Source of the DNA: Devosia sp. CN2-171
GTDB lineage: Bacteria > Pseudomonadota > Alphaproteobacteria > Rhizobiales > Devosiaceae
DNA: 64,000 bases
Assembly: GCF_049354815.1 (NCBI RefSeq)
Contig: NZ_CP186479.1
Location: forward strand, 2,997,419-3,061,418
Direction: 5' to 3'
Notes under the pieces: generated by a model
Seen by the model: the letters and a program-made list of their open reading frames with translations, nothing else
What the model was told of the DNA's origin: nothing
Database searches by the model: none
Translations under genes and position numbers: made by a program
Part shown: one piece after another, positions 59,966 to 64,000 of the stretch
Position numbering within the stretch: the first letter of the stretch is position 1
How the letters are laid out: every line of letters starts with the position of its first letter

Positions 59966-62617
59966 TCAGTATCCGTCGGCGTTGTTGCCGACGAGGATTT
60001 CGCGCTTGCCGGCGTGGTTGGGGGCGGAGATGACGCCCTCCTTCTCCATGCGCTCGATCAGCGTCGCGGCCTTGTTGTAGCCGACGGCGAGGCGGCGCTG
60101 GATGTAGGAGGTCGAGACCTTCTTGTCGGTCAGCACGACGTTGACGGCCTTGTCGTAGAGCTCGTCGCCCGAGCCGCCGAAGTCGTCGCCGCCACCGGCC
60201 ATGCCGTCCTCGCCCATCTCGTCTTCGTCGCTGACGATGGCTTCGAGGTAGTCCGGGGCGCCCTGGGACTTCAGGTGGTTGACGATGGCCTCGACTTCGC
60301 CGTCGGCGACGAACGGGCCGTGCAGACGCCGGATGCGGCCGCCGCCGGCCATGTAGAGCATGTCGCCATTACCGAGCAGCTGCTCGGCACCCTGCTCGCC
60401 CAGAATGGTGCGGCTATCGATCTTGGATGTCACCATGAAGGAGATACGGGTCGGGAAGTTGGCCTTGATGGTGCCGGTGATAACGTCGACCGACGGACGC
60501 TGGGTGGCGGTGATGACGTGGATGCCGGCGGCGCGGGCCATCTGCGCGAGGCGCTGGACCGAGCCTTCGATCTCCTTGCCGGCGACCATCATCAGGTCGG
60601 CCATTTCGTCGATGATGATGACGATGAAGGGTAGCGGCTCGAGGTTGAACTCCTCGCTCTCGTACTGCGCCTCGCCGGTCTCGCGATCGAAGCCGGTCTG
60701 CACGGTGCGGGTGATGACCTCGCCCCTGGCTGCGGCCTCGCCGACGCGCTGGTTGAAGCCGTCGATGTTGCGCACGCCGATCTTGCTCATCTTGCGATAG
60801 CGGTCCTCCATCTCGCGGACGGCCCATTTTAGGGCGACCACGGCCTTGGAGGGATCAGTGACGACCGGCGTCAGCAGATGCGGGATGCCGTCATAGATCG
60901 ACAGTTCCAGCATCTTTGGATCGATCATGATCAGGCGGCACTGCTCGGGCGTCATCTGGTAGAGCAGCGAGAGAATGAAGGTGTTGATGCCAACCGACTT
61001 GCCCGAGCCGGTGGTGCCGGCGATGAGCAAATGCGGCATGCGGGCGAGATCGGCGATGATAGGCTCGCCGCCGATGGTCTTGCCGAGGCAGATCGGGAGC
61101 TTGCCCTTCATCTTCTCGAAGTCGGACGAAGCCAGCATTTCGCGCAGGTAAACCGTTTCGCGCTGCTCGTTGGGCAGCTCGATTCCGATGGCATTACGGC
61201 CGGGAACCACGGCGACGCGGGCCGAAATCGCGCTCATCGAGCGGGCGATGTCGTCGGCGAGCGAGATGACGCGGCTCGACTTGATGCCGGGCGCGGGCTC
61301 GAGTTCGTAGAGGGTGACGACGGGGCCGGGGCGGACGTTGATGATGTCGCCTTTCACGCCGAAATCGGCGAGGACCGACTCGAGCTTGCGCGCCATGGCT
61401 TCGAGGCGTTCGGGCGCATGCTCGGGGCTCGGGCCCTTGTGTTTGGGCGGGCTGAGCAGGCTCAGCGCGGGCAGTTCGAACCCGGCGGGCTCATCGAGGA
61501 GCGAGCCTTGGGCTTCACGGGCGGCGCGCATGCCCTGCTGCGGACGGGGTGCCGGAGCGGCAACGCGTGGCGAGAGAACCGGCGCGGCCTGGTGTCCGGC
61601 AGGAGCGTGGGATAGGGGGCCGGGGTTGCGGTTGGCCATGGGGCCACGCAGCGGGGTCTGCATTTCCCAGCGCGGCGGGTTGGAGAGATCGTCCTCGGCC
61701 TCGTCCGGATAGTCGTCGAAGGGCGGCTCGTCATGCGCGGCGACGATCGAGCGCCGCTCACCCGAAAGCTGCGGTTCGACGTGGACGGATGGCACGTTCG
61801 GGGCGCGGCCATGGAGGCTCGGCTCGACCGCTTCGCCACGCCAGGCCTCGGCCTCACGTTCGGCGGCACGGCGCTCGGCGAGCTTGATGCCGGCGCGCTT
61901 CATGGCCGAGCGGGCGGAAAAGCCCATGTGGACGGCGTAGCCGAGGATGATGTCGAAGAACGAGTCGCGGTCGGGCTCATCCTCATCGGTGGCTGCGGCC
62001 GACTTGGCGGAGGTCTTGGCATTTGCCTTGCCCTTGGGAAGGTCGGGCAATGCGACCTTGCCGAGGCCCATGGCGATCCAGAACAGCGCGAGGGTCGGGG
62101 CAGCGATGATGATGGCGAAGAGGACGGCGGTCACCGGCTGCGGAGATTCGCCGGTGGCAAAGGTCGCGAGATTGGTGAAGCTCTGGCCGACGAGGCCGCC
62201 GAGTCCGGTCGGGAGCGGCCAGCTCTCGGGTGCGGCGACGAAGGCGGCAAGGCCGCAGCTGAGGATGGTGGCAGCGACCCAGGCCGGAACGCGCAGCGCC
62301 ATACGCGACGGTGCACGCTGGCGCAGCAGCGCCCAGCCCCAGAGGGCAGGCGGTACCAGCAGCGTCAGGACGCCGAGGCCGAAAAGCTGGAACGAGATGT
62401 CGGCGATGACGGCGCCGGGGAAACCGAGCCAGTTCTTCGCCGGCTCGCCCGAGGCATAGGAAAAGCTCGGGTCATCTACCGACCAGGTGGCGAGTGAGAC
62501 CAGAGTGATCGCCACCAGCCCCAGCACGATCGCGCCGATCAGGCGGAGCGGGATGCGAATCGCAATGACAGGGGCAGAATTTCGGCGGGCGTCTTCGATG
62601 AGGTGCTGTGCCGGCAT
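59966..62617 (-). CDS. ftsK: DNA translocase FtsK
   Basis: N-terminal TM segments, a Pro/Ala-rich linker, a motor domain (Walker A GTTGSGKS) and a C-terminal gamma (KOPS-reading) winged helix. Confidence 0.93.
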   Translation of the reverse strand: MPAQHLIEDARRNSAPVIAIRIPLRLIGAIVLGLVAITLVSLATWSVDDPSFSYASGEPAKNWLGFPGAVIADISFQLFGLGVLTLLVPPALWGWALLRQRAPSRMALRVPAWVAATILSCGLAAFVAAPESWPLPTGLGGLVGQSFTNLATFATGESPQPVTAVLFAIIIAAPTLALFWIAMGLGKVALPDLPKGKANAKTSAKSAAATDEDEPDRDSFFDIILGYAVHMGFSARSAMKRAGIKLAERRAAEREAEAWRGEAVEPSLHGRAPNVPSVHVEPQLSGERRSIVAAHDEPPFDDYPDEAEDDLSNPPRWEMQTPLRGPMANRNPGPLSHAPAGHQAAPVLSPRVAAPAPRPQQGMRAAREAQGSLLDEPAGFELPALSLLSPPKHKGPSPEHAPERLEAMARKLESVLADFGVKGDIINVRPGPVVTLYELEPAPGIKSSRVISLADDIARSMSAISARVAVVPGRNAIGIELPNEQRETVYLREMLASSDFEKMKGKLPICLGKTIGGEPIIADLARMPHLLIAGTTGSGKSVGINTFILSLLYQMTPEQCRLIMIDPKMLELSIYDGIPHLLTPVVTDPSKAVVALKWAVREMEDRYRKMSKIGVRNIDGFNQRVGEAAARGEVITRTVQTGFDRETGEAQYESEEFNLEPLPFIVIIIDEMADLMMVAGKEIEGSVQRLAQMARAAGIHVITATQRPSVDVITGTIKANFPTRISFMVTSKIDSRTILGEQGAEQLLGNGDMLYMAGGGRIRRLHGPFVADGEVEAIVNHLKSQGAPDYLEAIVSDEDEMGEDGMAGGGDDFGGSGDELYDKAVNVVLTDKKVSTSYIQRRLAVGYNKAATLIERMEKEGVISAPNHAGKREILVGNNADGY

Positions 62618-62724
62618 CGTCTGGGTACACTCTACAAAAGTAACGCTGGACGGCGCGCAGACGGCACGCCGATCAAGCCAGATGCTAGGCGGTTAGGGTT
62701 AATCCGGTGCTAACCCATGCGGGG

Positions 62725-64000
62725 TCAGTGGAAATTCCGTCCGCTGGGCAGGGCGGCACGTGCTTGCTGGCGCAGGCGCTCGTCGCGGCGGAGCTGGGCC
62801 GCATCGCGGCCTGGCTGTGGTCCGGTGCGGCCTTCGTCGCCACGCGCAAGCACGGCATCGCCGATATCGAGGCCCTGGGCCAGGTCGAGGAGGCGCGGGG
62901 TCAGGTCGTAGAAGGTGTGGGCGACGATGTGGACGACGAGCCCCTCGCGCTGCAGCTTGCCGCGGACGGCCATGGCGCGCGAGCCGAGCACGACCTTGCG
63001 ATTGGCGGCAAAGGTCTTGGGCCAGATGATGATGTTGGCGATGCCGGTTTCATCCTCGAGGGTGGAAAAGATCACCCCGCTCGCCGTACCCGGCTGCTGG
63101 CGGACGAGGACGAGGCCGGCGGCTTCCACCCAAACCCCGTCGCGCTGGTCGACAAGGTCGGCGCAGCGGATGGTGCGGCGGCGGTCGAGCTCGTGGCGCA
63201 TGAAGCCGAGCGGGTGGCCCTTCAGCGACAGGGTCAGGGTGCGGTAGTCGTACACCACCGACTCGCCTTCGGGCATCAGCGGCAGGTTGCCCTGGGCATC
63301 GTCGGCCTGGCTGGGACGCTGGCCGGTGGAAAAGAGCGGCAGGCGCTCGGCGCCTGCCGTGCCGCGAAGGCCACGCACCGTCCACAGTGCCTCGCGGCGG
63401 GATAGTCCCATGGACTGGAAGGCATCAGCTTCGGCGAGTTTCTCGAGAGTTTCGACCGGTACGCCGGTCTTCAGCCACAGGTCGCGGATCGAGGCGTAGC
63501 CGGCGCCGCGACGGGCGACGATCAGGTTAGCATGGGCTTCCTTGATGCCGGAAATCTGCCGGAGCCCGAGCCGGATGGATTGCGTCGACCAGATGTCGTC
63601 CCGCATCTCGGCATGTTGCTTGGCGATGCGCTGGTTGCCAGGGAATCCCTCTTCGAGGACATGCCCATAGTCGGAGCGGTTTACGTCGACCGAGCGCACC
63701 TCGACGCCGTGCTCGATGGCATCGCGGATGATCTGGGCCGGGGCATAAAAGCCCATGGGCTGGCTGTTGAGCAGGGCGCAGGCGAAGACGTCGGGGTAGT
63801 GGCACTTCATCCAGCACGAGGCATAGACGAGCAGCGCGAAGGAGGCGGCATGGCTCTCGGGGAAGCCGTATTCGCCAAACCCCTGGATCTGGGCGAAGCA
63901 GCGCTTGGCAAACTCATCGCTGAAGCCGTTGGCCTTCATCCCGGCGATGAACTCGTCCGAGAACTGAGCCAGCCTGCCGGTTCGCCGCCAAGCGGCCATG
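62725..64000 (-). CDS. DNA polymerase III alpha-subunit family protein, C-terminal part (5' end beyond the window); possibly error-prone DnaE2/ImuC
   Basis: Fingers/OB region (YGFPESHAASFALLVYASCWMKCHYP, NSQPMGFYAP). The ORF is open to the right edge. Confidence 0.75.
   Translation of the reverse strand, partial: MAAWRRTGRLAQFSDEFIAGMKANGFSDEFAKRCFAQIQGFGEYGFPESHAASFALLVYASCWMKCHYPDVFACALLNSQPMGFYAPAQIIRDAIEHGVEVRSVDVNRSDYGHVLEEGFPGNQRIAKQHAEMRDDIWSTQSIRLGLRQISGIKEAHANLIVARRGAGYASIRDLWLKTGVPVETLEKLAEADAFQSMGLSRREALWTVRGLRGTAGAERLPLFSTGQRPSQADDAQGNLPLMPEGESVVYDYRTLTLSLKGHPLGFMRHELDRRRTIRCADLVDQRDGVWVEAAGLVLVRQQPGTASGVIFSTLEDETGIANIIIWPKTFAANRKVVLGSRAMAVRGKLQREGLVVHIVAHTFYDLTPRLLDLAQGLDIGDAVLARGDEGRTGPQPGRDAAQLRRDERLRQQARAALPSGRNFH

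Noticed and set aside
1-64000. Checked for a CRISPR array, prophage or integrase/transposase genes, rRNA operon, or large genomic island.
   Set aside because: No direct-repeat/spacer arrays, no phage structural, integrase or transposase ORFs, and no rRNA-like conserved blocks were seen. Apart from small insertions, the window is contiguous core-gene synteny.

Overview
Chromosomal origin-proximal window from a GC-rich (about 67% GC) alphaproteobacterium, probably Sphingomonadales-like. It is mostly core genes: dnaK and dnaJ; pyrF, dapB and gpmA; nth; coaA with the his operon (hisE, hisF, hisA, hisH, hisB); hslVU; secB, dnaQ, coaE, aroE and maf; hemE and hemJ; the origin-linked cluster rho-mnmE-mnmG-rsmG-parA-parB; holA, lptE and leuS; a CtrA/CenR-family response regulator; xth, lolA and ftsK; and a DnaE-type polymerase fragment at the right edge.

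The strongest signals are non-coding. Eleven close matches to the parS consensus TGTTNCACGTGAAACA are spread across the window, mostly between convergent genes, at gene termini, or inside rsmG. A replication-origin-like region lies between maf and hemE, with two CtrA boxes (TTAA-N7-TTAA), near-consensus DnaA boxes and an AT-rich element just upstream of hemE. Two copies of a MITE/REP-like element about 115-125 bp long, built from CCTCCCCC...GGGGGAGG hairpin terminal inverted repeats, sit in the his operon and downstream of hslU. Two abutting tRNA-like genes have non-canonical stems.

The accessory-looking parts are a 2.8-kb insertion between dnaK and dnaJ, three small membrane ORFs (two of them paralogs) between hisA and hisF, a FIST/PAS-GGDEF-EAL signalling pair, an Smr-XRE pair and a lower-GC orphan ORF. 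I see no CRISPR array, prophage or rRNA.

All calls rest on reading the six-frame translations and the sequence directly; no database searches were run.
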